NCBI RefSeq assembly: GCF_018977255.1
Contig: NW_024704742.1
Location: 1,118,001-1,182,000 of the forward strand
Length of the DNA: 64,000 nt
DNA from: Callorhinchus milii
Taxonomy: Eukaryota
Reading direction: 5' to 3'
The notes below the pieces were generated by a model. That model did no database searches. It saw nothing but the letters and a program-made list of their open reading frames with translations, and was not told the DNA's origin. Shown here piece after piece: positions 1 to 15,500 of the stretch. The translations under genes were made by a program, and so were the position numbers. Position 1 is the first letter of the stretch. Every line of letters begins with the position of its first letter.

Positions 1-368
1 CAATTTAGCTTTTATGATGAGTGGCTGCTTCCCATTTGCAGTGACTCCAATTATAACATGGCAGTTTGGTGTCTATAGAACCCCAACCAGGGTTATAACG
101 GATGCGAGTCAACATTTGTACGCAGAAAGACAGAATGTGAAAATGGTCAACTTCTGGTTCATCAGGTTGCCACTGTCATTGACGTAATGGTTCAGAAATT
201 AGCCACTTTGCTATCACCGCACCAACATATTATGGAAAGATTGCCAAGGTTGGTAAATCAGTGTCTCAGAAAACCCACTGCGTGCAATTACTGTGTATAC
301 AACAAAGCAATAGTCAAAAACATGAACACCAGTAATTATGGAGAACCACAAGAAACAGAGTGACTCAC

Positions 369-552
369 CTGTTCCAATAATTCCCACTCATATTTGGTGT
401 TTCCATGGACAACGGCCATGAGTTCTTCAGGTAGGAATACGTCTAAAATGGGTTTTGGAAAACTACTCCGAAATCCTTCTGCGAAAGCTTTGAAATGTTT
501 CTCGACAGACGTGTTAAAGATATAATCCACATAGGCATCGACAAACTGTTTT
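369..552 (-). CDS. Gene A exon 21
   Basis: [16 protein letters not shown]...[23 protein letters not shown]. Confidence 0.93.
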
Positions 553-3500
553 CTGAAACAGACATCAACCAAACTGGATATTCTCATGACCGTTCTGCAA
601 ATGCCTGAGCTTCCAAAATGTCAAGCCTCAAGATCATGTCCGATAGAGTTCAACGTGGAGATTGTGGGATCACCTGGGGCCAGGTGTATTTAAAATGATA
701 AATTGGAATGGATTATTATGCTTAGCTTTCCATTTCCTAACACAGCAAGTGGCTAAAATATTGCCATGACTTAATCAGGTGACGTACCATAATTTGTGAG
801 AGTGGGAATTAGTATTAGCACTAGAGAAATGGCTGTGGAAGATGGAAATGTGACGTTGGTGCAGTAAAGTGTGTTACATCCAGCTAAATTGTACAATAGC
901 ACGAAGTAAGAAAAGAAAACTCATCTAGATCAATTGCGCATTTTGCATTTGGAATCAGTTCAAGAAATCCTGGAATTGATTCCTCTGCTTGCATTTTGTA
1001 CATCAAGCGTGCCTTGCTTTGATGTTCCCTTCACCGCATGAGTTAGATTTTGAGGAGGATAGATTCACGTGCTGGAGATCACAGCGAGCACCATGAGTGG
1101 ACACTGTTTGTGCTTGTACAGCATTGTACTTGCCTGTTGTGTCCAGCATTTTTAGAAAAGGAGAGAAATAGTGAGAATTTGGGGGGAAGAAGACGGTATG
1201 TAAACCTAAACAGACCCGACACCTTCTCAAGGAGTTTTATCCCGAGGTCATTTTCAGACTAAAAGCTCCACTTCTCTCACAATCACACAACTTAAGGTGG
1301 AGTGCAATGCAAGACAAATGACCAGTCTGGGGATATTATTTTTTTTTACATAAAATAACCTTGAAATTACCTGTTGTGCTTTTCCACTGGGATATTTTGA
1401 CCATTTGGAATAAGTTCATGCTGAATTTTGAAATGATCATCTGTTTCTTTGCATATCTTGAATAAGGTAAAGAATGGCAATAAAGCAATAGTCAGTATAC
1501 CTCTGATTAAAACAACGAGTACGCTATATTACAAAGGTGCTTGGGTGGCAATATTGTGGAAGAATTTGACAGTAAATAGCGATGACCCAAACTGTATTGG
1601 TTTCCGAATTTATTATTTGCATTTCCCAATGCCCTTCTCTTTTCAAACAACACCATGGGGATTTTTAACATCCACCTGAACAAGCAGGTGATGGGCTCTC
1701 GGTTTAATTTCTCATCTGAAGGACGGCACCTCCAACAATGCACCACACTCCTCGCACTGCATTGGAGCTTCAGCCTAGAGCCCGAGACTCATATGAGTTT
1801 CAAGTCCAGGTATGATGAGACTTGAACCCACAACCTTCTGACTCAGAAGTGAGAGGGCTATTAGTTGGGTGTCATCTTTACACGTTGGAAATGTGCCTGA
1901 GGACGATATATCACCAAGTTGGAGCGTGTAGATGGTGGAAAGGAGAGGGCAAAGGATGGAGCAGGAGAAACATTGCATGTGATTGTGTGGGTATGGAACG
2001 AGAAGCCATTACAGATTTTCTCTCTTCTGTTAGGCAGAAAATGTGGTAATCGGTGAAATGAATTGCAGCGAGGAGAAAATATTACAGTAGATATGAGGAA
2101 AGGAAGCAAGTGGCAATGCGATTTTGAAAACAAGTGAATAATAGGATCGTTACATAGGTAAACATACTACGAAATATTGACCGTAGACTTCTTCGACATT
2201 ACTGGACTCATCATGTAAAAGGTCATCGAGATTCCTGGAACAAAATGAGAAGATTATGAAATTATGAAAATGTGTCCAGAATATTTTTGTTTAAAAAGTT
2301 GCATTTAACTGCATGCTTTTGAAAGCGCAAACAATGCAAATACCAGTGATTTATTATTATTTGTTGATTAGAATAAGAATAAAATGGTAATGGCTTGACA
2401 AAATACCTGATGAACAAAATAAAAACCTCCTGCAAAATGTAGCTATTTTAGGAAGCTCAAACATACTAAATAACATCCATTCATTCATATGTAACTTGGC
2501 AGTGTTATTGGTCTGACTGACCCATCACTGAAAGCCACTTAGAAATTACCTTTACAGAGTGATTTAAACTGTAATAACCTAATAATAATCATAATAATAA
2601 TAATCCTTGCCTTTCAAATTGAGAGCATGTCTCAAAGTGCTTCACAGGGTTTTATTGTAAAGTGTATTTTATGGCAATTGTAAATACTGGGGTCAAATGT
2701 GTGGTGCGTGTGTTGTTTAGTGAACAGAAAACTCAAAAAGAGAGTATTCCATTATTTAGTTATAATAATCCTTGCATTTGATATAACGCCTTATTTCGTC
2801 TTCGAGACGTCTCAAAGCGCTTCACAGAATATACTGTAAAGCGAATTGACTGTATATTTTGTGGGCAAAATGAAGCAGCCAATTACGCACAGCAGCGTCC
2901 CACAAACAGTCACGGATTGAGCGACAAAATTATTATCGCTATTACATTTTAAAGGGTTTGTTAGCCCCCAGAAAAGCGATCCGTCAATCGGCTTACAGCC
3001 TGGTTTCTAGTTACTGTTGGGTAAACACAGGAGTGTGGTGTAAGGAAACATTCTGCCCTGCCGGTAATCAAACCCAGGTCCTCTCACTTGCGAGGCGAGT
3101 GCTCTAACCACTGAGCTACAGGACTCCAGTATTGACATCGGATGAGGACCGATTGGATTTTTCAAAGAGCTTGGCAGCATTCAGTTTCACACGTGGATAA
3201 TGACTTTGCGATATACTGAAAGGGACTCAGCACCTGCGGAACTATACCCTAACAGAGGGAAAATTGAGAGGGGGAATTTATGTGAAAGACTAGTTCTGTT
3301 TTGTTCTTTCTTTTGTTTTTATTTCCACTCACCTCCCTTCTGTTTTGGACAATTCCTTCAGGTCTTTTATTGTTGGTTGCACATTGAGTAGTTTTTTGTA
3401 CAGGGCCAATGGGAAGTGAAAGTTTGCCACAAAACCGTGGTGCAGAGCGATTCCGCAGAGAATTCCCACCAGGCGAAACACTCCTGGTAACTTGGGCTCC

Positions 3501-6500
3501 TGTTTTAAAACAGAGAGTGTAAATCCTCCTCCACAAAATCTCAGCAGAAATTTGTACAGCGCTTTCCTTTCATTATATCTTGATGATGAGGTTTCCCAGT
3601 GTTAGCGACTGGCACACACCTCCTCGACATCCCCCCTCTCCCTTGCTTGGCAAACAACCGCATCCCTGTAAAGCGATGCGAGTTATCCTCTGTGAAGTGC
3701 ACTATATAAGTACAAGTACAATGTGACACATTGCAATGGCCTCGTTCACATGAATCTATGACGTGTGGTGGTTTATATGTGCTGGCACACGGTGTTTATG
3801 TTTTTCTCCAATCAAATGGCAACAAGTCATTCATGAATAAGTGAGAAACAAGGGCAGAAACACTACGAGGGTTGAGCCAAATACAAGAGGACTCTTGCAA
3901 TTAGCAACTTGGGCAATACTGTAGGAGCTACATAGAATGTATACAGCGCAGGAGGAATGCCATTCAGCCCGTCGTGTCTGTGCTGAGGCTAGCTCCTGCA
4001 CCAGAACACTTGTCTCTAAGTTAGAAAGCTTTGGTTATGAGTGAAGCCCAATTTCAAGACTTGATCTTATTGCCTCGGCTGGCTTTGGGTCACAGGTGGA
4101 TTGTTGGAGGTTCTATTGTGCGGATGAGACATTAAAATCAAAGTCTGCATATTCAGATGGACAGTGAGAATAAATACCGTGACACTGTAGAAAGAGACAT
4201 AAATTGTTCATAATGTGCCGGTAACAATCCTCCAGATTAATTGTTCATTCGCTCTTCATTGTTTGTGTCTACTCCAACAACAGCTTATATTTATGAAGCA
4301 ACCTTCACACAGGCTCACATCTCGGAGCGCTTAACAACGGTGTACTTTGATTTTGAGCTGGGGAGAAACAAGAGGTGACCCTAGGCAAGGTTGAAGAGGA
4401 AAATCTTCATATTAAATCTGAAGATAGGCTTCCAAGGCAGAAGGACAGAGATTCGGTGCATAGTGGCTGAAAGCACAGCAGCTGATGGTGGAGCAGATGG
4501 GATCAAGGAATAATAATAATCCTTGCATTTGATATAGCGCCTCATCACATCATTGAGACGTCACACAGGTGAGAGACAATGTTGTGCTCCTCTCATCTTC
4601 ACCTACCCACTCAGGGAACCAAATTAGCCTGGAGTCTTCATAGTGCTTGAATATGTTCTGATGGACACAAAGTTCCTTGGTAATGACAGAGAAAAATTCC
4701 TGGGAAACCCCACCATAATCCTCGGCAAATTCACCTTCAAATATGACCTGAAACAACAGCAATGAATAGATCAGGATCAGAAGTCCAATCTTTTATATGT
4801 GCTTATTTATTTCCTGTTAAACCCTTCGATCACTCATTGAAAGTGAAGAAGTCAGATTGAAGTGTATGTTGCTGATTTTATATATGAGATGATTGTGTGT
4901 GTTTGTTGGGGGGATGGGGAGAGCTGAGTGAATTGGGACCTTACTACTGATGAGTATTCCTCTCTTTAATAATAATGATAATAATCCTTGCACTTGATAT
5001 AGCACCTTATCAAGTTGTTCAAACGTCTCAAAGCGCTTCACAGTAAAGTGGATTAGACTGTGTGTTTTGTGGGCCAAACGTGGCAGCCAATTGCACACAG
5101 CAGTGCCCCAAAACAGTTGTGGATTGAGTAACCAAAATGTTTGTGAGGGGAGGGATTATTACCCCCAGAAAGCCAATCTGCCAATCTAACAACTGGGTTC
5201 TTACTTACTGCTAAGTAATCAAAGGCATAAGAAAACTTGCCTAGGTTTTACCCAGCCGGGAATTAAAAGCACATCTTCTCACTTGCAAGGCTTGTATATA
5301 TATATAAAAAAAATATACTAGCTGTACCCATTGCAGCTTTGCTTCAACCAAAGGATTCAATATGGAATGGAGATTGACAAGCAGACACACATTTTATCCT
5401 TATCTATATTCATCTGGGGGGACTCCTGTGGGAGGACTCCTTTTGCGAGGATTCATTGGGAGGACTCGGCACTTTAAAAATGTAATTTTGATACTGTTGC
5501 CGTGGTTTAACTTCGTCTGTGTTCTTTAGTTTGTTCCCGCCGCCGCTTGGCTGCGTGCGTGCTCTGTGACACAAGATGCCACAGCGCCACAGTTATCACT
5601 TTCTGATGTTCTTGTGGGTCCACGTCTCAAACTTACAAATCTGTGCACAACCTTGGGGTCCATTTTGATTCACTGGTCTCCTTCCTACCACACATTCGGT
5701 CCCTGACCAGGACCGCTTTCCTCCACCTCTGCCACATTGCCCACCTCTGATCCTACCTCACCCCAAATATGTTTTCCCACAAAAACACAGTTCCTGCACT
5801 TTACAATATGTTCTGTGAAGTGTTTTTGAGACATCCTCCTGACATGAAAGGTGTTTGATCAAATGCAAGAATCATTATTATGTAAATGAATCATCTTTTT
5901 GAAGGTTTAAGACAACTATCTTCTCAATCTTCAAAGTTGCAACAAATGGAAAAACCAACAAACACACTAACTATCAATCTAAGTCCATCAGTTAATATGG
6001 AAATCAATACAGATTCAGTGCAACTCAAAATAATTGTAAATTCAAACAATTATTTTGAGCGTTCAAGTAATGCAGCATTCTTATTTTTATGAACCGACTG
6101 CAAATCTGCATACACAGGCAAAGGAATAGCTTTCTACCTGAAGTTGCTGTTGAAGTGTTGTTTTATCAAACATCATTAATTGTTTCAAAGTGTCTTGAAT
6201 AATCATCGACCTTCTAACCACCAACAAGCATTGATTAGGCTCGTTCTCAGGCAAATTCCTTATGAACTGGAATAAATATTGCAATAGTGTTAGACAATAA
6301 GATCATATAATAATAACAATAATGATGATAACAATGATACTACATATTACTAATAATAATAATATGTGGGAAGAGAGTAGTTCTTCCAACTATCATCATG
6401 CGGCAAATCAGTGCTGATCAAATTCATTTATTGAGCGATACTTACCGCGCAGAGATTGTTGAAAGTTTCAACTTTCGTTTCCATGTTAATGATGCAAGGA

Positions 6501-9500
6501 TACTTAATTAAATCCAGAACTGAGTCCTGAGGACACAAAAGATATTTTAAAATTCTAATGGGCAGTCGTTGATTGGCATCTTTGATTTTCAGTCTCACTA
6601 AAATGATCACATGAAAAACTCCCATGAAAATAGTCCAATCCATATTAATACAGTAGAGCAAATCTGCTGTACATCAGGACACCAGATTGCCACATGCGTT
6701 TCTTCCACAAAATATGCAGTCAATTCACTTTATAGTATATTCCGTGAAGCGCTTTGAGAAATCTCGAAGACGTGATAAGCCGCTATATCAAATGGTAGGA
6801 TTATTATTTATACATTACTATATGCAAGTTTACCTGCACCTGAGCTGAAATCACAGAATAAAAACAGTGCTGAAATGTCAGAGAAAATCTTTAATTGTGG
6901 TTGTATCTTAACCCTTGGCATGATTTTCCCCGAGTGCGCTTTTAGACCAGCAGCCCAAGGTAGAGAGATCTGATGAAAGTACAGGGTAGAGGGAAAGAAA
7001 GGTGGAGAGACACCATCTGAGAAAGAGAGGCACAGAAAGAGAGAAAAAATTTCAGCGAGAGAGAGAGAGAGAGAGAGACCCAAGGCTTCTGCTCTGAAAT
7101 ATTGTAAATCAAGACTGGGAAAAGTGGGAATTTCACATTTCTTTGCTGAATAAGCTGCCATAAGGTAATTATAAAACTGAAACTTTGAAGATTTAAAGCA
7201 GATCTAATGGCTGCAATTCAAACAACTAAATCTATTGCCTCGATCAAACGTAAAGAAAGAGGCTGATCGGAAAAGCAAAGAGGCGTGAGAAAACAGTTCT
7301 GGAGGTGGGACGGTTGTTCGGCCTCACAGACGCACGTACAATTGCAAACTTTGCCCTTGTTCTCGGTGTCACCAGCGATGTGCTTAACCAGAGATAGTTA
7401 TCACTGTCGCAAGTTGCCCACTCTTAGTACAAAATGAGTACATTACAATTTTAAGCGCAGAAAATGCACTTGGATGTGCGTGCTGCCAAACACCCACTCT
7501 CTCTGTCACCATCCTCACTGTCAACGTTCATGAACTCAGGCCCTTAGAGTGGGACTGCTGCATGTCAGATCATCAACCTTCCTCTGTTGGATGGAAAAGA
7601 TGGCACCTCTGACAACGCAGCACTCTCGGAGTCCTGCCCTCGAGTGTCAACCCAGTCGAGCAGCTGAATTCCTGATGTGGGGCTTGAACCCACAACCTGC
7701 CAGAGGCCAGAGCCCTACCAACTGAGCTAAACTGACACCTTAATAAGCGTATAGATACGTTAATTTTTTTCCCAGTTTTAATTGACACGAATTTAGGCGC
7801 GACATCAAATGCAAGGATCGTTATTATTGTTATTAAAATCAACTCTCGCCTCAGTCTAGCTCCAGTTATGGGATGACACAGTAATGAATTTCAAAGGAAA
7901 TAGTATAACCCTAAAACTAAGAATCGTATCAGAATTTTCTTACAATGTGAAGAGTTGAGATTCCGAAGACTTCTGCGAGAGCAATGTAGAAATTGCTCTC
8001 TGCAACTTTAAGATCAGCAAAACAATTCACCTGTGGACAGAATTTATAAATGTTTCACCATGCTGTTTGTTAAATCAATGTCTAAAAATAAAGTAGGTTA
8101 ATGTTTCAGGGTTAGCTATTTATCAAAGGATTCGACATGTGCCTTTTGCCTTTTTGTATAGGGATGAGCCTATGTATAACATTGGCCACTCGCAACAGGG
8201 CTGTTTGTGGAACATTACTGTGTGTAAATTGGCTGCTGCGTTCGCCTACAAATGAGCCTCAGTGAAATCTGTAGTACGCAGTAAGAATGAGCAGATTGGT
8301 CCAGTACAGGTGCCAGTCACTTTGTGAACTGCAAAGATGCTGTTTAAAGGGACGTTGCATTCCCCTGAAAACTGAGGAGGGAAAGTTTGTGAACACTACT
8401 TTGACAATACTTTGCATTGCCAAAGAATCTTCAGTCACATGAATGAATCATTTCATTCTTAAAGAATACAAACGCTGGTGTCTTCCCATTGCAACGTTAA
8501 GCTATTTTTTTTTAAAACAACCCTTAAAGCATCCTGACTTCAACTTCCCATTAATGTATTCTAGCTCTGTCTGCTTTGGCCCACAAAATACGCAGTCTAT
8601 TCACTTTACAATATATTCTGTAAAGCGCTTTGAGACACTTCAACGACTTGATAAGGCGCTATATTAAATGCAAGGATTATTTTTATTATTATTGTTTTCC
8701 TTCAACATAAATACATTTCTGGTGTATGTCCTATAATTGCTCTTCGCAAAACGTTTCGGCTTTCTGTCCTCAAGAGGTGTTTATTCCGAACCTACCTCAT
8801 AGAGTTTCTGCAGAATCCTTAAACAATTGTGCAGATCTTCAGAAAATTTTGTTTGCTTCTGAAATGTCTTTTGGAGCAAGTGTTGACACACAGTTTTGAA
8901 CAACATCACGAGTTTCTTGAAGAAATAATTATTGAGGTTATTCCACAGAGATTCTGAAGAACAGATAGTGAAGGAGAGATTGGAATAGGTGAATAGACGT
9001 GTTTAGATCCACCTGGCTAACACAAAATATTTTCCAAACTTCTGAGGGTTTCATTTATCATTTGGTTGAAGTTTTTCGTGAACGCTGAGGTGAATGAAGT
9101 AGATATGGCAGCCAATAACCTACAGTAAGACTCACATAAGTCATATCAGTTCGGACCAGAAGATTTAATATGACTTACGCAAAGTATACGTTAAGGCAAA
9201 CTTGCATAAATCGTATCATATTAAAAGTCAGATTTTAGTTTGTATTCAGTACTGTATACTGGTTGGTGATATCAAGGCAAGGTTTCTGTGCCATGTTTAA
9301 CCCATGCATATTAAAGTAACGGTAACTCATTCTTTTTTCCATATACCAGTACCTCACAATCAAATTCAGAGGCAATAACCCTTCTTTTCCATTTCAGGAT
9401 ATGCCTTGCAAAATTGGAGGATCTGGTGATAGGCCCTTGTCACTAATTTGTGTTTATTTGGGGTGATCTGCATTGCCTGATGGCATGATGGCTGCTCAAA

Positions 9501-12500
9501 ACCTCATCTTCCCCAGCTGTTTAGTGTTCTGTCCTGCACGTGTGGTCCTTCAGCATCGCAACAGTAATCGGGTACCGCCGTGATGGGTCAGGACTTAGGT
9601 TCCCGTGATTATCTCACATGCAAGTGCAAGTACTGCAAGTGCTACTTCAAGGCCAGTAAGTGCGCGTGCAGTGATGGGTCCCCTTAACTTCTCCTTGAGA
9701 TCAGGCATCCCCGACCCCTCGCTCACCACATGATCAAGTCACGCTCTTTTCTCTCTCTATGCCCCCCCCCACCACCCCACATCCCCCTCTCCACTACCAC
9801 CCACGGTCGGTGATGTTGATGTCACATTCCCAGGAGGGAGGACGCAGAAAGCATTGGGGGTGCAGATGTCCTGTGATCCGTTTGAAGCTGGGGTGGGAAT
9901 CAAAGTTTTGACCCAGCAGCCGTTAGGAAGCGTGAAAGCTATATACGCGTTTTTGCCTCAGTCATACACGAGGTAAACAAAGATCACAAGTGACATTAGG
10001 TTCCTCTGTTCTCAGGTTCCCGACTTTACATTTTGGCATTTAACTTTGGTAAAGGCAAAGTTGCAGAAATCCAAACTAACACGAGTTCTGACCCCTGCTC
10101 AGAGTAGAATGATCAGGACTATGGATGGAGTTAGCGTCTTGAAATATCTACAAATCTTACCAAGGATTTTCAGTTTGCTTTTCTCGAGTGACAGAATAGT
10201 TCTGCTCAGAAGGCTTGTCAGTTTCACAACATCCTTCTGCTCTTTCACCACCTCTATGAGCTCTGGCAGAATAAGGTAGACTCGGAGAGTTTCCACACAA
10301 ACATGGGACTCAAGTAATGAAGGCATCAGGTTTTTCTTTACTGTATCAGTGACCTGAAAAGTAAAATTACAAACAAAAAAGCGGAATTAAGTGTAGATCC
10401 GATTTATAACGCAAATAACCATCAGAACAAAATCAACGAGCAATCTGGAAATACATGTAATCTCAGAATCTAATGGCAGAAAGTGAAGCTCCCAAGCATT
10501 TACTATAGTTTGAGTTCCCAATCTCAAGCAGGCTGACTGGTGAGTTACACAGCAGAGGGGAAACACTTGCGCAGAGAGAAGAGCAAATCAAGATCAGTGG
10601 CCAGAGTCAACATCATGTTGTGAACCTATTATTGCCTGTTGCAAAACACAGAGGCTCATTCACCTTCTTGATCAAACAGGGCAGAGTAGATTGGATGGGG
10701 GGGTGATGGGGACGGGCGGGGGGATGACTAAAAAAGAGGAAGTGACTTACACAATGGTGTGTGTTTGGGTGGGTGGGAATCTAATACAATTATAAGATGG
10801 TGTATAAAGCAGGTCTATCAAATGCCAACCAATATTACAACAGGGTATGATCATTCCTCAACACTTACACATTCACTCTCATGCGCACAGAAAGCCAAAA
10901 CATCAGTTCGTGCAGGAAGCCAAAATGTCTGACTTCCAGGGCGTTAAATTCATGCCCAGCCTGCGGGAAGTGATGTCAGCAGCAACAACCAAATCACTGG
11001 CAAACATGGCCCATCAATGTCCCACAAACAGCTATCAAATAAATGAGCGATTTTATGAGGTGGTATTTGGCCAGGACACCGGGAGAAACTCCGTGCACCT
11101 TTCAAACCGTGCCTTGGGATCTCAGTTTAATATCTCATCCGAAGGACAACAACTCCAGAGATACAGCGTTCCCCAGAACCGCACTGGAGTTGTGGGGCTT
11201 ACCAGCTGGCCGGTGAGGGTCCATGGGTCGATGTGTCAGGGCGTCATTTCCCGTGCTTCGGTGTGGTAAGTGTGGGAGGCTAGTCGAGTGGCGTTAAGAG
11301 TTAGGAGGTGATTAATATGTACAAAGAAATCCTAAGTTTGATTGGAAAGTGATTGAGACTCGGGTGAATGTATGACTTAAGTAATTATATGATCTATAAA
11401 GATAAGAGTTATGCCAGATTCACTGTATGGTCACCTCTTGTAACACCGTGACGTTTCTCTGCAACTTCTCAAACCACAGATGCATGGCAGACATATCCAC
11501 TCCTGACACTTCATTGCTCGTTTTGAAATGGTTGTCTTTTCTGTTTTAAAAGTGAAACATTTTCAAAAAAAAAAAAGTTAGCGTCCACAATAAACCTTCC
11601 TGGCTCCAGTTTATGTTTGTCAAGCACCTGGTACTAACACTGCTCTCACCGTAGGTAAACAGCAGGGTCAACACCATAGGTAAACAGCGTCAATCGCTAA
11701 ACTTCTAGTGTAATGCAAATAACAACACCATTCAGGCAATCTAAGACTGTTAGGTTAGTGCTGAGTTGTTGGGATTTTTTGTGCTGTGTACTTGTGATCA
11801 TGAGGAACTGGGTTGAGATTGCTTCATATCCTTATAGCCAGCAGACAGGTCATTTACATTTCATCATCCCAGATTTGGACCCAAACCCAAGAGGCAAAAG
11901 GATGCTATTTCAACCAAAGTCACCACACACTCTCCTCCACCATTCCCAATGCAACATCATCAGTATTGGGCTTGGGCTTACGTGGTTTCCAAGAAGCTTC
12001 CATTGAGAGATGCAGCAGAAGAGAAAACGTGATTGATTTCCCTGTAAATAATACAAGTGCAAGCCGTTAAACATCATCGTTGTTATTCTTCCGAAATAAT
12101 TATGGATTTTGATTCACTTTGTTGCTTTAATTAAACGCAATAGTATTTCAAAATGCAAAACGCAAATTAAAAATCGGATTCAAATTTCTTCCTCAGGAAT
12201 GGAATTCTTTATTCTCCAATGACAAAACCATGAGAAAAACTTCATCCAAATCAGTAATATACCTTCTGTGGTTTAAGGATCAATTTGGGGCAGTATTGGT
12301 TTGGGCTATTAAAAGCCAGAAGGAATTATTATTTCTGAGAGTGATGCTGATTCTAATCAAATAGAACAAAATAAATCCTCCATCATCTTCAGAGAACATG
12401 TTCTCTCCGCAAGATGTTAATAATCCTTAATAATCCTAGCATTTGATAAAGCGCCATATCACTTCTACGAGACGTCTCAAAGTGCTTCACAGGATATACT

Positions 12501-15500
12501 GTAAAGTGTAGTGACTATATTTTGTGGGCGAAATGCGGCAGCCAATTGCACACAGCAGTGTCCCACAAATAGTCGTAGATTGGGTGACCAAATTTTTTTT
12601 AATATATATATAGATACATATATATATATATATATACACAGGGAATACCAATACAGAAGACAACCATGTGTGCTTTTGGTCATCTAGGATTTCCCTTTTA
12701 GTTGGTTCACCTTAAACCACAGAAGGTTGATTTCTGATTTGGATGGTGTTTGGGGATTTTTTAATGTTTAGGTCAGGGGAGCCCCTGAAAGCCAATCGGA
12801 AACTGGAACATTGGCAGAAGCAGAAGCAGAATGTCCCGTGACGTGACCATTATTTCCAGTGATAAATATCACATCACACGCTCCATGTGTACCCCTATTG
12901 TTAATAGGCACACTTACGTTTTTATGCTTTTACACAGTTTCCCATCATCTATTCCACTCCATTTTTCCAAAAGCAAATCGTCAACTGTGGCAATTCCTTT
13001 CATGGATATAAATGAAGAGTGGTGTTTTAGAGCAATATCATCCTACAGTAAAAAAAGAGGTGTGAGAATACGACATACTACAAGATGACACCTGCTATAT
13101 TTGGAATTATATTTAATAATCATATTAATCATTATTCTTGCAAATATACCACAAGCTATAGCCTTTGCTTTTCCGTGATTGTTACAAAAAGTACGATCAA
13201 AACAAGTGATATAAAGAAAATAATTGCTTTTCTCCATTTATATAAACGATCTAGACCAGTATAACGGGCCCAATTTCTAAGTTTGCAGACAACACATTAA
13301 TTGTGTAGGCAGTTAGTACTTCCTATTATTCCACTTCCTCCAATTGTGAAGAAGACTGTAAGCAACTTTAGGGGACGTGAACAGACGAGAAGACATAAGA
13401 CTCCACAGGGACATTGACCTTAGGTTGACGTTGGAACGGTAAGATGATAAGGTTGGCTAACTGGGTCAAAGTTTGTCTTTCATCCAAACCTCTTGTGATC
13501 TTGTGCGTTCTGTTTGTCAGTCAGTTACAGAAGGATACTGACTGAGTCCTGTGCAGAGGTACCTCCCTGTACCTCTACACTGGGCATTGGCTCATGGCAT
13601 CCTGCACACTAAATGCATTCCTCAGTCTATAAACTAAAACCTTACCCTTTCCGCAAAGCATTCCGCAAAGCTTTGGTTCACTCCTGCAAATATTTTGCTA
13701 ACGACCGGCTGGATTGTACAGCCTGTGAAAACAAATGACATTAATACACAATCAGGGATCAATGGCACAGAGCATCAGGAATATAGGTGTTCTGTAGTTC
13801 GTATGAGCAATAGTGGAAAGCTCCATAGTGCTTCAAAAACACAGAGTAATACTTTGCATTTTTCCCCAGTGAATTTCTTTGTGTATACCAAAGCAAGTTT
13901 CCTTTGCTGGGGGAAGGAATCCTTTTTCTGTTAAACAGCACCCAGAGTCAGCAATAAACACTCTTAGGAGCTTCATGCCTCAAACTGGAGAGCTTTCCTA
14001 CGTCATCTCAGACAAACGTGATTTGGGGCGCAGAGAAAAAATAAAGAAAACATACTGATCAGTCAGTAAAATCTTATTTAAGCAGTTTTTAGGTGTATAG
14101 GAACAGTTTCTACCCAACGCACATCTATAGCAGATAATCTTGCGCTGCTTACCATTAGCAGGTCCTGTGTCAGACGTGTGTGATGCTAATTTAACAGGAA
14201 GAGGCACGAGCTGGTCACTGGTCTGTCCACTTCCCAGCTGCCCTTTCTCTCCTTGACCAAACGCATAGACCTTGCCAGATGATGGAACGAACACAAGCGT
14301 GTGATAACTGTGAAAAACACAATTTCACTTAAAGTTAACGATTACAATTCTGCAAGATGAAACTTTCTGTTTGCCGATTATGACTCCACATCTCGGCCCA
14401 CCCCACCACACACACACACACATACACAACACACACCAACACACGCACACACACTGAATCTCATTTTAAAAATCAAGTGTTTTTCGGCTGGGTTTCTAGC
14501 ACAGGGTGGGAATAGCTCTGGGCCCCCAGGGTTGGCTTCACTTCTGCAATGAACCAAAAGACGTCTGAACCAACAGATTCTGAGCTTGCGTGTCTGTTGT
14601 ATTCAGTCAGCTCCTAATTGAAATGAGAAGGGCCGCAAACCAGGTTTGGCAGTTACAGCAATGAGGATTAGGGCAATCGTACTGCAATAGAAACAGAAAT
14701 TTACAGCACAGGAAAAGATTGTTCGGTTAAGTCTGTCTCAATCAAACATAGTCATGGCTATTGACCCTCACTCAGACTAATCCCTGGCACTGGTCATCAC
14801 TTAAGTTCACACCTGATCCTCAGCTCTACATTGTTTGCAAGGTGAGGGATAGGGCACACTGGTTTTGGCATCGATCATATTTATCAAAGATGGTTAATTA
14901 GTTCCAGTGACAATTAACATATCACACCACTCAATTTTCATTCCATGGTTTTGAACTCATTTCACCCAGGCCCTAGAACAACAACAACAAAATGACATTC
15001 ACAGAACGCCTTTCATGTCAGGAGGACGTCCCAAAGCGCTGAGCAGTCAGGTGTCGGGGCCCGAGCCTGGGGGAGGGGTGTGTAGAGGTAAGGGAAGGCA
15101 GAGAAGTGGGAGGAAGACCAAAGCCATGGTCGAAGAGAAGGGTCTTGAGACCGGCCTTGAAGGAGGCGAGGGAGTAAGCGAGGCGAAGGGACCATGAGAT
15201 GGAGTTCCAGAGTGTGGGGGCAGAGAGGTTGAAAGCCCGACCACTGATGGTAGGGTGGGTCGGTCGGGAGACATGGAGCAGCCCGGAGCCCGCTGAATGG
15301 AGGGAGCGGGCAGGTTGGTAGGGAGTCAGCAGGTCAGAGTGGTAGGAGGGGGCAAGGCCATGGATGGCTTTAAAGAGCCACACAACCATGGAAATTTATG
15401 GCACAGAACAAGGCTATTTGGCCCATTATGGGTGTGCAGGCTTCCTCAAGAGCCATCCTTCCAGTTCCATTTTCCTGCCCTTTCCCCATATCCTATTTGC

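Noticed and set aside
3055..3129. tRNA-Ala-like sequence (also about 17190-17260 and 52500-52570)
   Set aside because: These are SINE heads that run directly into the SINE body and tail; they are not standalone tRNA genes.
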